NCBI GenBank assembly: GCA_964016885.1 | Contig: OZ024740.1 | Coordinates: forward strand, 218,984,001-219,048,000 | Reading direction: 5' to 3' | DNA length: 64,000 nucleotides | Origin: Eledone cirrhosa | Taxonomy: Eukaryota | Part shown: positions 1 through 12,840 of the stretch, piece by piece | Layout of the letters: each line of letters opens with the position of its first letter | Numbering within the stretch: the first letter of the stretch is position 1 | Program-made: the position numbers and the translations under genes | Notes under the pieces: model-generated | Told to the model about the DNA's origin: nothing | What the model saw: the letters and a program-made list of their open reading frames with translations, nothing else | The model's database searches: none

Positions 1-2888
1 ATCTTTTTGGCGGGGTCCCTACCCGGGCGCCCGTGTCTGTAGAGCCTTTCTCGAACGGGTAAAGCCCCTCGGTAGCACTGCCAGGCCAGGGACTTCTGGA
101 AGTTGTCCATAGGTTCCGGGCTGAATGTCCTACCGAACAGGCTGGCCAGTTCGTCCTCCTCCATGTCTAGGGCTTCTCCGAGGGCGTCGTCGCACCTGCT
201 GCGTACCAGCCCTCTATAGAATGTTGCGGTGGAGTCTCCACTGATAACCGGATCCGCCTGCCAGAGGGCGGTGAGCGCCTGGGCACACTCAGTGTGCCAG
301 GCGCCCAGTTTTCTCGGTCTTTGCTTGACCCAGGATTGCAGCTCGGTGAGTGAGACGAGTCTGGGAAAGGTTCGTCTCACAAACGAGGCCCACACCGGTT
401 GTCCGGTGAGGAATACGTAGAGGTGCCGTAGCCTTAATGCGTGTTTACGCATCATTAGCCACGGCATCCCCAGCCCTCCTTTCGAAGGGTGTTGACAGCA
501 GATGGATCTCCTCACCATAGGAGCCCGCCTCTTCTAAAGGAATTGGAAGAGCGCGCGCTCCATCTTGGTGAGGGTTTCCCTTGGGCAGGGCACTACGGTC
601 AGGCGGTAGTAGATGACGGACATTATGTAGGTGTTCGCCACCTCTGCCCGACCTTTCAGGGATAGTTTGCAACTGGCCCACTTCTGGCTCAGTGCAAACA
701 CCCTGTTCGTAACCTCCGCCCAGTTTTTCTCCACCTGGAGGTCCGGTCCGAACCAGACCCCGAGCAACTTCACCGGGCCCTCCGTCCAGCGTCCGACGAC
801 GCCATCGGAGGGCATCGGTCTGCCCCTCCACGTGCCGAGTTGCAAACCGATCGACTTGTCCCGGTTCAGCTTAGCCCCTGTGAACTTTTCGTACTCCTCC
901 AGTAAGGTGCCGACCGCCTCGATTTCAGAGGCCGTCGACACCATCACTGTCACGTCATCGGCGTAGGCCGACACCGCTTTCCGCAATCCCGGTTCCAAAG
1001 GGATGACCTGCAACAACTCCAACTTCCGCAGTAGTGGCTCGAGAGTCAACACATACAGAAGGGAGGAGAGAGGGCACCCTTGTCGGATGGACCGCGCGAT
1101 TTTGAACAGCTCCGAGAGGTAGCCGTTCACCTTGACCCTAGAGCAGATGCGGCTGCTGTGCATAGCAGTGATCCAGCCCCTGAAAACGGGTCCGAAGCCT
1201 GCCGCCGCTAGCACCGCATCCAGGTAACCATGGTTGACCCTATCGAACGCCTTAGATTGATCCAAGTTGATCAGAGCCCCACCAAAGCCGGGTTCGTTCC
1301 CAACCCTCTCTATGATGTATCGCATGAGGTGGAGGTTGTCATGGATGGACCTGGACGGGATAGCGCATGTCTGCGCATCTCCCACCAGGTTGCCCACGAC
1401 AAGCGCCAACCTCTTTGCTAGCACCTTGGCCAAAATCTGTAACTCTGTATTTAGCAGAGTTATGGGCCTGAAGTTACTTATTTCGTCCCCCTTGTTCTCG
1501 TCCTTCCTCACTAGCGTGACTACGCCCTTGGTCACAGTACAGGGAATTCTCTCGTTCTGTTGCCAGTTGCAGTAGACCGCCTCGAGGAGATCGGGGAACA
1601 AGTCCGGCATAGCTAGATATAATTCGTAAGGAAGACCATCGAGACCCGGGGATTTGCGTTTGCCGCATTGGCTCAGCACGTCCTCTATCTCAGCGGCCGA
1701 AATCGGCTCCTCGCAGGACTTCGCCTCCCTGTCCGAGAGGCGCGGCAGGCCGTCGAGGTATGGACCGAAGTCCACGTTCCCAACCGGCTCCCCGCCCCTC
1801 CCGAACAGTCGGGCAAAGTGCCTTTGAAAGGCCTCACACATCTGCTTAGGCTCAAGAATCGCCCGTCCATCCAGGTCTCGCAAAGACCGGATGGTGGATT
1901 TAGTTCCACTGTTGGCCTCTGTCACGCGGGCCCAGCTAACAGCTTTAGTCCCCTCGTTCCCTAGAGCACGTATTTTACTTCGGACAACGCAGCCTTCGTG
2001 CTTCGCGTAAAAAAACTGGCTCAAAGCCGTTCTCGACGCTAGCACTCTGGCCACGTCGCCGCTTCTAATTGCCTCTTCTACTCTATCTATTAGCTCCCTT
2101 TCCTTCCTATTCCTATCCGCAGCTAGAACCTTACTAAATTCTATCGAGACTACTCTAATCTCTCTCTTTAGAGATACCCACCACCTGCTGTTGACGATCG
2201 CTCCAGTCAACCGTTCCTTAACTAACGTACTAATCCGATTCCTGTAGGCTCTACTTGCCGGCAAGGACAAGTTGAGCTTCCAGTAACCGGGGCCCTGTCT
2301 ATGAGTTCTGTCAAGGTTGACCATGCAGGTCACTAATTTGTGGTCTGAATAGCCAACCATGCGCATTTTTGGACAACTTAAAAAGTCCTTATCCTTAATT
2401 CTAACTAAGAACCTATCTAGGTACGACCTAGATGATCCGCTACGATTTGCCCAAGTCCAGGTTGGCGCAGTCGGAAAATCTAGTCGATATCTATCGGCCA
2501 GGTCAAATCGACCGATTAACCCTTTGAGGCTATTACACCCCTCTCTATCGGGGCAGGCCCCTACGTAGTCCCAGCGTGCATCTAGGATACCATTCCAGTC
2601 CCCCACTAATAGCAAGGAGCGGGACGTCCCTAGAAAAGTCTCCAGACGATGGAAGAAGTCCGGCCGCATTGACCCGAAAGGGCCGTAGGCGGCTACCAAC
2701 TTAAACGCTCCGCCTTTACCACTGCCAAGGTCCAGAACCACTAGTCGACCCTCCGGGTCCAAATGTACCATCTGTGTTGCGAGACCCAGATGTTTTTGCA
2801 GCAGAACGACAACTCCACCCCCACCTCCGGGCTGACAGAGAGATGCGTGCATCTCAAAGTCATCAAAGGTGGGGGCCAGCTGTCGCAC
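1..2888 (-). mobile_element. Tx1/L1-clade non-LTR retrotransposon ORF2 (APE endonuclease + reverse transcriptase), 5'-truncated, runs off the left window edge
   Basis: ORF 534..2888 has APE motifs (LVGDWNG, SYLDRF, YSDHK, GPGYWKLN) and RT motifs (KSPGLDG, FRPITLLN, LDQSKAFD, RQGCPLS, AYADD). After a break near 540 the frame continues (GGLGMP...GALPVR). Clearly homologous to the element at 27572-33196. Confidence 0.93.
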
Positions 2889-3072
2889 GTTGCTAGATAA
2901 ATAGATAGAGAAAGAGAGAGGAGGGGAAGAGAGGGGGAGGTAGTTAGGCAGATTGGTGGACCCCCTGGCAAGTAGTAAGTGTTAAAAGCAGGCAGCTAAG
3001 GTGAGTGGCTATTCTGAACTAAAACTCATACACTCTATGTTTTATATAGAGACACATTAAATCTGCTGGTGT

Positions 3073-3260
3073 TGTGGATTGGCAGTATCGGTAGAGAGTC
3101 GGACACCATGCTTTGAAGCATAGAGTTACGTCCCTTTATGATTTGAGTTCAAATCCTGCCGAGGTTAACTTTGCCTTTCATCTTTATGGGGTCGATAAAA
3201 TAAAGTACCAGTAATGTACTGTATAATTGCTGGCCTTGTGCCTAAAATATAAACAGTTAT
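3073..3260 (+). mobile_element. tRNA-derived SINE, family A (ATT-tailed)
   Basis: A box TGGCAGTATCGG, B box GAGTTCAAATCC, body CTTTGCCTTTCATC..GGGGTCGATAAAATAAAGTACCAG, tail TGCTGGCCTTGTGCC. About 35 copies in the window. Confidence 0.88.
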
Positions 3261-3552
3261 GTATTGTTTATGAAAGATTATCAGCAGCAATGTGAAAGTG
3301 GAAATAACAATAGGTCAACAAATAGTTCTCAAATTTACATATCTATTGATTAACAAGAAAGCACATTACCAACTATACAACAGGGTGCCTGCCATTTTAT
3401 TTTCTCCATAGATACATGGTTTGAGGCCCATTAGTGTTTTTTTTTTTCTATCTCAAATTAGAGCTTATAATCTAGAATAGGGATCAGAAACTTCTTTTCA
3501 TATTAGTCTACTTTTGGTTTTGGTTTTGCTGTTAGCTTAAGGTATATTACTG

Positions 3553-3915
3553 CTGAGCTCCTCCGCAAGATTGGAGCGTCGGCAGCCCGCCTGAGGAGGG
3601 AGCCCCATGAGATTGGGTGGCTGTTGCAGCGGGTCTCACTGGCCATCGTCCAGGGGAATGTATTTGCTATCTTGTCCACAGGGTGCAGCACTCCTGCCCC
3701 CTTGCCCTAGGCCCGAAGCCCAATCACACTCCCCCCCTCATTCCCTCTCTTCTGTAACACCAGAGCTCTTGCCATCCCCTCCCTTTCCTGTTCTCGTTCT
3801 TCTTTCCTTCTCTCTGTTTTTTTTTTCAATATTTCCCTATTCTTTCTTTCCTTTTGTTGCCCCCTTTTTTATTTTTTATTACTAAACAAGGTTTGTTTTT
3901 TTGCTTTTGAATAAA
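3553..3915 (+). mobile_element. 3' fragment of a CRE-like RLE non-LTR retrotransposon
   Basis: Translates LRKIGASAARLRREPHEIGWLLQRVSLAIVQGNVFAILSTG, matching the C-terminus of the 14290-14860 fragment (LFQHVSLTILQANAFSILSTG). Followed by a pyrimidine-rich UTR and AATAAA. Confidence 0.6.
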
Positions 3916-3974
3916 GTTTAATTGATTTATACTAGTGGACCTATGCTATCAATACTGACAGCAATAGAGTTGAA

Positions 3975-4200
3975 GATATTTAATTTTTGGAGTCCATATA
4001 CACCAGGATTATTGGATATATGAACAAGCATATAAACTGAGAAATTTGCATTTTGATAAATCAAGAGAAGCTCTATAATTTATATTGATTACTGACACAT
4101 TGAGGTGATTAAAAATCAGAATGATATTTTAATAGTTTATTTCTAGGATATAATTACATAAATGTTCAGCAAGATTAAATTTATGAGTAACTTTGAAGAA
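3975..4200 (+). repeat. Unclassified dispersed repeat, second copy at about 57048-57850
   Basis: Shared blocks GATATATGAACAA..AAACTG.GAAATTTGCATTTTGATAAAT and TAGTTTATTTCTA.GATATAATTACATAAATGTTC in both places. Confidence 0.6.
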
Positions 4201-4407
4201 ATGACTATTTAATATGACCTTACATTAAGTTACGTTCTTAGTTAAGAAATAATTATTAATTTAAGTAAATCCGCCCAAATTTTTCTTTAATTTATTAAAA
4301 TAGAGTATATTTCATTAGAAATATGATCATGAAAGGGTTAATTTATGGGGTTATATTCTATTGTAAACATTGAAGTCATTTCTATCTCAGCTTTACGAGA
4401 GAAATTA

Positions 4408-4573
4408 CCATATTCCTGGCGTTGAAGACACTAATTTATTCCTAAAATAAGTCTCAAAAATCTACCATGCATCCTGGAGGCTGAAGGTTGTTTATTATTT
4501 TTTTCAAATGTTTGGTTGTCAAAATTAGGGTGCTTCCTCGAGGACGAAGCCTCTTCAATGCCGGAAAATACGG
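4408..4573. mobile_element. Tc1/mariner (pogo/Tigger-like) MITE
   Basis: TA|CCATATTCCTGGCGTTGAAGA ... TCTTCAATGCCGGAAAATACGG|TA; imperfect TIRs with TA flanks. Confidence 0.7.
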
Positions 4574-4875
4574 TAGGTTGATGGAAACTGTGCAAAAACC
4601 TGTTGGTTGAACTGTATCTGGCTCCTGGTTTGACTCCACTATTCCCTTTAGGATCCTTTATTGGTGTTCATTCAGTAACAAACATTTTGACAAGCTCTCC
4701 AGATTAACTACATATTGTGATGTATAGTATCCTACTGAGTCATGTTTTCTACTTCCCTTTTCATCAAATGGCTGACAGAACACACACATGCTTTTTCTCC
4801 CACCAAATTTTTTTCCCTTCCTTCCTCTTCTCAGTCTCCTTTATTTTTCTATTCCTTCGTATATTTCTCATTCTA

Positions 4876-4910
4876 TCTTCTGATGAAGGACTAGTGTCCA
4901 AAACGTTAAA
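4876..4910 (+). ncRNA. Degenerate minimal hammerhead-ribozyme-like motif
   Basis: CTGATGA-A-GGAC-tagt-GTCC-AAAAC-GTTA; stem II intact, GAAA read as AAAA. Confidence 0.5.
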
Positions 4911-4982
4911 ACTCTTTTCCAACAATATCAAGCATTAAACTAATATATATTTTCATTGTACTGAATTGTTTGCTTTGTTGTA

Positions 4983-5166
4983 CAGTGAAATTCCGTTAAA
5001 ATGAAATTCGTGGGCTATAAAACAAAATTTGTAACAAAAAATTCTTTATAACGAGATCGACTGAAACGAATTGAGCATTTGTTTGTTATTATCTCGGAGA
5101 TTGAAAACAATTTTGTTATATTGAAAAATTTGTTATAATGGTATTCGTTATAACGAATTTTACCTG
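4983..5166. mobile_element. Tc1/mariner (Tigger-like) MITE
   Basis: TA|CAGTGAAATTCCGTTAAAATGAA ... TTCGTTATAACGAATTTTACCTG|TA with internal TTATAACGA-like subrepeats. Confidence 0.7.
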
Positions 5167-5573
5167 TATTCCATTTACTTTTCACACACTCAAACACACA
5201 CACACAAACACATACACACACACACACAAATACACACACATAAACACACAAACACGCACAACACACACACACACACATATATATATGTATTGATTAGAGA
5301 TTGTGGAATAATTACAAAGGCCAAGAGGTTGATAGTCAATATTTCATATATTAATAATTCTGACATGTGTTTCACTATAATTGCATGCACCACCTGCAAC
5401 AATGCAAATGTTGATTATAAATACACAAAGAATTATTGTTCACTGCACTGGAAGATGCAGTAATTACAGCTCTTCAAAGAGAGGTGATGTTCGGTTGTGT
5501 TGATAGATGGATATTTCAAAGGTGAGCTGATGTAAAATGATGATGATGATGATGATGATATATATATATATAG

Positions 5574-5659
5574 GAAAAGAGTCAGGACCCCTATGGCTGA
5601 GCTCTGGATATAGCTGCCGAAACGGTCGGAGCTCAGCCATCGGGGTCCTGACTCTTTTC
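5574..5659 (+). other. 31-bp near-perfect hairpin enclosing a partial hammerhead-like core
   Basis: GAAAAGAGTCAGGACCCCtATGGCTGAGCTC pairs with GAGCTCAGCCATcGGGGTCCTGACTCTTTTC (1 mismatch). The loop contains GCCGAAACGGTC. Confidence 0.75.
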
Positions 5660-5929
5660 ATATTACCCACTCTACTACCCTAAGTATCAAGTACTCTGGT
5701 GCGTTATGGTCCATCCAGTTTCTTACCTCACATCTGTTATTTTAATAAATATTTGCTCTAGGGTTCTTATATATTTGATATATGTTTATCCTTATTGAGC
5801 CCTCTTTGGATTTTAGTCTTCACCGCGCCAAGGTTAACTTTGCCTTTCATCCTTACGGGGTCGATAAAATAAAGTACCAGTAATGTACTGGGTAATTGCT
5901 GGCCTTGTGCCAAAAGTAGAAACAATTAT

Positions 5930-5970
<41 letters not shown>

Positions 5971-6039
5971 TATATATGTATGTATGTATATACCATCCAA
6001 AAGTGTGTAAATATGTATATACACGTGTACTGTGCAATT

Positions 6040-6400
6040 GAACCACTGAGGGTGAAGGACCCATAGCCTTTCTCAGGGCATTCTTCTAGGAGAAGGCAAC
6101 TCAGGAAACTGGGATAACTCCGATATAAAACCTGCGGCTCAGTAGTTACCAATGATGTTGATCTTTTCTTCTTTTCGGGGTATAGTTACTGTTGCTCAGA
6201 GAGTGGGATTGGCTCAGTGCACAGTCTTTCCTCACTTTAAAAAATATCTTCACGCACAGGCATTGCACGATAGAATTAATTAATAATTATTGATAATGGT
6301 ATATCGTGCAATGGCCATACTCGATAACGAGGGGGCAGCCATAATTTGCAAGCAGGGAAAAGTGGACGTAAAATGAAATGATGATGATGATGATGATGAT
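6040..6400 (+). mobile_element. Short non-autonomous RTE-related element with (GAT)n tail
   Basis: Ends TTGCAAGCAGGGAAAAGTGGACGTAAAATG..(GAT)n, like other RTE-type 3' ends in the window (reverse copy at 20310-20345). The 5' part CTAGGAGAAGGCAACTC..TAAAACC resembles RTE 5' UTRs. Confidence 0.5.
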
Positions 6401-6663
6401 ATATATATATTAAATGTATATATTGAGTTAGGAACTCAAAATAGTCTCTTACAATAAAATAGCTCTAAGAAAGGGATATTTCTGAGCCGTATATTATAAT
6501 AGAATATAAAAGAAAAGCGAACACAGATATATAGATATATGTGTTCAAATTGCAAGGGACCAGATTCGCTAAGGTGAAAAGAATACTAACAATAGGGTTC
6601 GCTTGTCTCAATTTAAGAAAAAATTAAGAAAATAAATACAAACCGGAATTGTGGTAACTACCA

Positions 6664-6738
6664 ATCATCCAGACAACTTGGTGTTTTGCAAAATTAATTG
6701 TGAATAGAAATACTAATCCAAGCTCATCAGTGGGTGAT
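6664..6738 (-). ncRNA. Type I hammerhead-ribozyme-like motif, one core substitution
   Basis: Minus strand: ATCACCCA-CTGATGA-GC-(long loop)-GC-AAAAC-ACCAAGTT-GTC-TGGATGAT. Stem I pairs 7 of 8; GUC cleavage triplet; G12 read as A. Confidence 0.6.
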
Positions 6739-6882
6739 GAATTAGTATCCTAGACACATCTATATATGCTATATATAAAAAATAATAAAACAGCGCACAT
6801 GGCATCCTAGCGAGTCTCACAAACCCACACCACTAGAAAAAGCAGCCAGGCTTACTCTTTTATATTTTCTTTTATATTCTAT

Positions 6883-7180
<298 letters not shown>

Positions 7181-8224
7181 TTAATATAGAAATCCTGATG
7201 ATTCCCTTCGAATGAAACAGTTCTAGTCCTTTAGAAGTCATTTCTATATTAAAGTTGTTGTATACACCATCCACATGTATTGAGTACCTTACTTATAGTA
7301 GTTACCCCGATTGAACTCACATATATATGTGAGTGTGTGTGTGTTTGCAAAATGGAAATGAAACCATAAAGCAAACAACACAATAAAATGAAGAAATATA
7401 TTAGTTTAACGCTTGATATAGTGTATGTGTGTGTGCATGTGTGTGTGTGTGTGTGCGCATGTGTGTGTGTGTGTGTGTGCGTGTTAGAACTCTGAAAATG
7501 AATAATATGCTAATGTTGAAAATACATCAAAATATATGCACAGTGTATATAATATGATTAGATTAATTTATACCATCTAAACTATAATATATAATAATTA
7601 ATCTGTGTTGATAGGAAGCTAGAAATAATATTTTCTAATATAAATTTTTTGCAACACTATTATAATAAAAATGTAAATAATGTTGTATCAGAGGTGAATC
7701 TATCTATGTGATAATTGTAATTTAGTTTAAGAAATTGTGGTGTAAATAATTTTATTTATAGACCCAATTTAAACTGTAAAGCAGCATAACAGCTTCATTC
7801 TCATTTTTATTTTTTGCATTAGCAATCAATGCATGTGATTGAATAAATATGCTATGAAATTGTAATTAAATCAATCAAGCCTGAAACAAAACTATCATAG
7901 ATATTGATTAGAAAGAGCAGTACAAATCTTATTCAAAATATCAAAGAGTGTTTGCATAGACTCACACATTGATATTTTTTTTAGGTATGAGTTTTTGAGG
8001 GTGGTGCTGGTGGTATGGGGTGCTGGTATGTGGGTGTATAGCTGGGGTTAAATTGGAAGAATGATGACTGAATTATAAAAGGGCCGAACTGCTGGGAACA
8101 GCAATGTTTTGTCTTGCAATATATCTCTCTGCAGAATACTGATTCTAAACCTTTTGCCATCACAATCCCTTCTGGCAAATTTAATAATCCTTTGTGACTC
8201 TTTCTTTTAATATTTAACCCTTAA

Positions 8225-8870
8225 GGGCCATTAGTAGAGTGTTGGACAACATGCTTCATGGAGTTAAGGCTCTTTACATTCTGAATTTAAATCCCACTGA
8301 GAATAGCTTTGCCTTTCATCCTTACTGAGTTGATCAAATAAAATACCAGAAATGTACTGGGGTCGATTTAATCGACTCCCCCCCCCCCCCCCCAAATTGT
8401 TGGCCTTCTGCCTAAACCAGAAAGCAATATTTAACCTTTACATAAATGGTGGACTGGCTGTATTTGTAGAACATTGGATCAAATATCATCCAGTATTTGT
8501 TCTGGCTCTTTACATTCTGAGTTCAAATCACACTGAGGTCAACTTGGCATTTCAAAATAAGTACCAGTCAAGTACTGGGGTTGATTTAATCAACTTTACC
8601 ACTGCCCCAAATTAGAAATAAAATTTAACCCTTTTGTGATTTTATTTCTAATGAAATACATTATATTTCAATTAATTAATTGTTTCTACTTTTTGGCACA
8701 AGGCCGGCAATTAACCAGTGCATTACTGGTACTTCATTGTATCGACCCCGTAAGGATGAAAGGCAAAGTTAACCTCGGCGGGATTTGAACTCAGATCATA
8801 AAGGGCCGTAACTCTATGCTGCAAAGCATGGCGTCCGACCCTCTACCGATACTGCCAATCCACCACCCTC
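8225..8870. mobile_element. Three family-A SINEs: two old + copies and one young - copy at 8681-8870 with a 19-bp TSD
   Basis: TATATTTCAATTAATTAAT at 8662-8680 and 8871-8889 flanks the minus copy. Confidence 0.85.
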
Positions 8871-9787
8871 TATATTTCAATTAATTAATGAAGGATTTTG
8901 ATTGATTTATTATATCATTAATTACTTAATTTCTAAGGTAGTAACTTAACATATGGTTCATATACAAAATTGTGTTTGGAAGATGTTAATTTAAATAAGA
9001 ACCTTTTAAAATGTGTGGCTTTGTTTCATAGAACCAGAAGCAGTTTTGTGAAGGTTGGTATTAAGAGGGTTAAATTATAAAATTAATGGACTGCTTTTGT
9101 GATATACCTAGAATTTGTGCCTTATCAGTCTTTGGTTAGCAAACAAAACAATTCAGTGTTGAAAAACACATCTCATTTTCACAGTGACCTCAATTGAATC
9201 AATGTTTTATATTTCATGAGCATATTTTTAACAAGAATATACTACTGTTGTTAATTATCTAAACATTAAAACATTGTGAGAGGTTTAGTGAAATAATTAA
9301 CATTCAACTTTTTAACAAAAGATAAATATTTATCTATTGAAATTTCATATTATATGTCATGTAATAACAAACTTTCAGTCCATAGTTTAAATTTCAATTG
9401 GAACACTTTCATTGTGGTAGTTTTGACTGGGTTGGTATTTAAAGAGTTATTACAAAAAAAAAAGAAAAAAAAGAGATCTCTTCACTTGTTATACAATAAT
9501 TTTGTCCATGTGTTAAATTTTAAACAGTAAATTTTTACCCTTCATTAAAAAAACACAAAAAAACTGTTTATCATCCAGTTTCGAACAGGTACACTGTGTC
9601 TCTGGATGTCATAAAAAGCAAGTCATAAAGGTTAGTGTCAGGAAGGGCATCCAGCAGTAAAAGATTGCCTTAGAAAGCCCAATCCAAATCATGCCAACAT
9701 GGAAAGGTCAACGTAAAAACAAACGATGCTGATAATGAGGAAATGAAAAGAATGGGGCAAAAAACATATTTTATTGAAAAACATTTA

Positions 9788-9945
9788 CTGTATATACTCA
9801 AAAATAAGCCGAGGAATATCAATGGTAAAATGGAGGATGGAGAGGTCGATTTATATAAGCCTCGGCTTATAAATGGGGTTTGGATTTTTGCCCATTTCTC
9901 AGACATAAAATAGGTGGGGGTCAGCTTATATTAGGTATAGAGTAA
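9788..9945. mobile_element. pogo/Tigger-like MITE whose right TIR runs into the 17-bp array
   Basis: Left end TA|CTGTATATACTCAAAAATAAGCCGA; right end TCAGCTTATATTAGGTATAGAGTA. A related partial copy lies at about 53428-53533. Confidence 0.65.
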
Positions 9946-12840
9946 TATGTGGTATAGAGTAATATCTGGTATAGAGTAATATGTGGTATAGAGTAATATC
10001 TGGTATACAGTAATATCTGGTATACAGTAATATCTGGTATAGAGTAATATCTGGTATACAGTAATATCTGGTATACACTAATATCTGGTATAGAGTAATA
10101 TCTGGTATAGAGTAATATCTGGTATAGAGTAATATGTGGTATAGAGTAATATCTGGTATACAGTAATATCTGGTATACAGTAATATCTGGTATAGAGTAA
10201 TATCTGGTATACAGTAATATCTGGTATACACTAATATCTGGTATAGAGTAATATCTGGTATAGAGTAATATCTGGTATAGAGTAATATGTGGTATAGAGT
10301 AATATCTGGTATACAGTAATATCTGGTATAGAGTGATAGCTGGTATAGAGTAATATCTGGTATAGAATAATATCTGGTATAGAGTAATATGTGGTATAGA
10401 GTAATATCTGGTATACAGTAATATCTGGTATACAGTAATATCTGGTATAGAGTAATATCTGGTATACCGTAATATCTGGTATACAGTAATATCTGGTATA
10501 GAGTAATATCTGGTATACAGTAATATCTGGTATAGAGTAATATCTGGTATACAGTAATATCTGGTATAGAGTAATATCTGGTATAGAGTAATATCTGGTA
10601 TAGAGTAATATCTGGTATAGAGTAATATCTGGTATAGACTAATATCTGGTATAGAGTAATATCTGGTATACAGTAATATCTGGTATACAGTAATATCTGG
10701 TATACAGTAATATCTGGTATAGAGTAATATCTGGTATACAGTAATATCTGGTGTACAGTAATATCTGGTATAGAGTAATATCTGGTATACAGTAATATCT
10801 GGTATAGAGTAATATCTGGTATACAGTAATATCTGGTATACCGTAATATCTGGTGTACAGTAATATCTGGTATACAGTAATATCTGGTATACAGTAATAT
10901 CTGGTATAGAGTAATATTTGGTATAGAGTAATATCTGGTATACAGTAATATCTGGTATACAGTAATATCTGGTATAGAGTAATATCTGGTATACAGTAAT
11001 ATCTGGTATACACTAATATCTGGTATAGAGTAATATCTGGTATAGAGTAATATCTGGTATAGAGTAATATGTGGTATAGAGTAATATCTGGTATACAGTA
11101 ATATCTGGTATAGAGTAATATCTGGTATAGAGTAATATCTGGTATACAGTAATATCTGGTATACACTAATATCTGGTATAGAGTAATATCTGGTATAGAG
11201 TAATATCTGGTATAGAGTAATATGTGGTATAGAGTAATATCTGGTATACAGTAATATCTGGTATAGAGTGATAGCTGGTATAGAGTAATATCTGGTTTAG
11301 AGTAATATCTGGTATAGAGTAATATGTGGTATAGAGTAATATCTGGTATACAGTAATATCTGGTATAGAGTAATATCTGGTATACCGTAATATCTGGTAT
11401 ACAGTAATATCTGGTATAGAGTAATATCTGGTATACAGTAATATCTGGTATAGAGTAATATCTGGTATACAGTAATATCTGGTATAGAGTAATATCTGGT
11501 ATAGAGTAATATCTGGTATAGAGTAATATCTGGTATAGAGTAATATCTGGTATAGAGTAATATCTGGTATAGAGTAATATCTGGTATAGACTAATATCTG
11601 GTATAGAGTAATATCTGGTATACAGTAATATCTGGTATACAGTAATATCTGGTATACAGTAATATCTGGTATAGAGTAATATCTGGTATACAGTAATATC
11701 TGGTGTACAGTAATATCTGGTATAGAGTAATATCTGGTATACAGTAATATCTGGTATACAGTAATATCTGGTATACAGTAATATCTGGTATACCGTAATA
11801 TCTGGTGTACAGTAATATCTGGTATACAGTAATATCTGGTATACAGTAATATCTGGTATAGAGTAATATTTGGTATAGAGTAATATCTGGTATACAGTAA
11901 TATCTGGTATACAGTAATATCTGGTATACAGTAATATCTGGTGTACAGTAATATCTGGTATAGAGTAATATCTGGTATACAGTAATATCTGGTATAGAGT
12001 AATATGTGGTATAGAGTAATATCTGGTATACCGTAATATCTGGTGTACAGTAATATCTGGTATACAGTAATATCTGGTATACAGTAATATCTGGTATAGA
12101 GTAATATCTGGTATAGAGTAATATCTGGTATACAGTAATATCTGGTATACAGTAATATGTGGTATAGAGTAATATCTGGTATACAATAATATCTGGTATA
12201 GAGTAATATCTGGTATACAGTAATATCTGGTATAGAGTAATATCTGGTATAGAGTAATATCTGGTATACAGTAATATCTGGTGTACAGTAATATCTGGTA
12301 TACAGTAATATCTGGTATACAGTAATATCTGGTATAGAGTAATATCTGGTATAGAGTAATATCTGGTATACAGTAATATCTGGTATAGAGTAATATCTGG
12401 TATACAGTAATATCTGGTGTACAGTAATATCTGGTATACAGTAATATCTGGTATACAGTAATATCTGGTATAGAGTAATATCTGGTATAGAGTAATATCT
12501 GGTATACAGTAATATCTGGTATAGAGTAATATCTGGTATACAGTAATATCTGGTGTACAGTAATATCTGGTATACAGTAATATCTGGTATACAGTAATAT
12601 CTGGTATAGAGTAATATCTGGTATAGAGTAATATCTGGTATACAGTAATATCTGGTGTACAGTAATATCTGGTATACAGTAATATCTGGTATAGAGTAAT
12701 ATCTGGTATACAGTAATATCTGGTATAGAGTAATATCTGGTATACACTAATATCTGGTATAGAGTAATATCTGGTGTACAGTAATATCTGGTGTACAGTA
12801 ATATCTGGTATAGAGTAATATCTGGTATACAGTAATATCT
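9934..12840. repeat. 17-bp minisatellite, consensus GTAATATCTGGTATA(G/C)A, about 170 units
   Basis: Direct reading; about 2.9 kb with strict 17-bp period and recurrent variant units. Confidence 0.98.

Noticed and set aside
5470-5521. Plus-strand mini-exons with GT donors (also 22848-22919, 43968-44021)
   Set aside because: Too short to distinguish from chance splice-like motifs, with no recognisable protein.
6045-6110. HDV-like ribozyme at the 5' end of the short RTE-related element
   Set aside because: Some pairing is possible (GCCTTTCTC/GAGAAGGC), but I could not build the nested double pseudoknot or the catalytic J4/2 strand.
10639-12747. 702-aa ORF (YTRYYSIPDITLYQILL repeats) and the 101-aa ORF at 9926-10231
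   Set aside because: Translation of a 17-bp tandem repeat that lacks stops on one strand; no evidence of coding function.
9934-12840. CRISPR-like array (also considered for 26485-27082 and 45762-46535)
   Set aside because: Units are contiguous with no unique spacers, there are no cas genes, and the context is eukaryotic.
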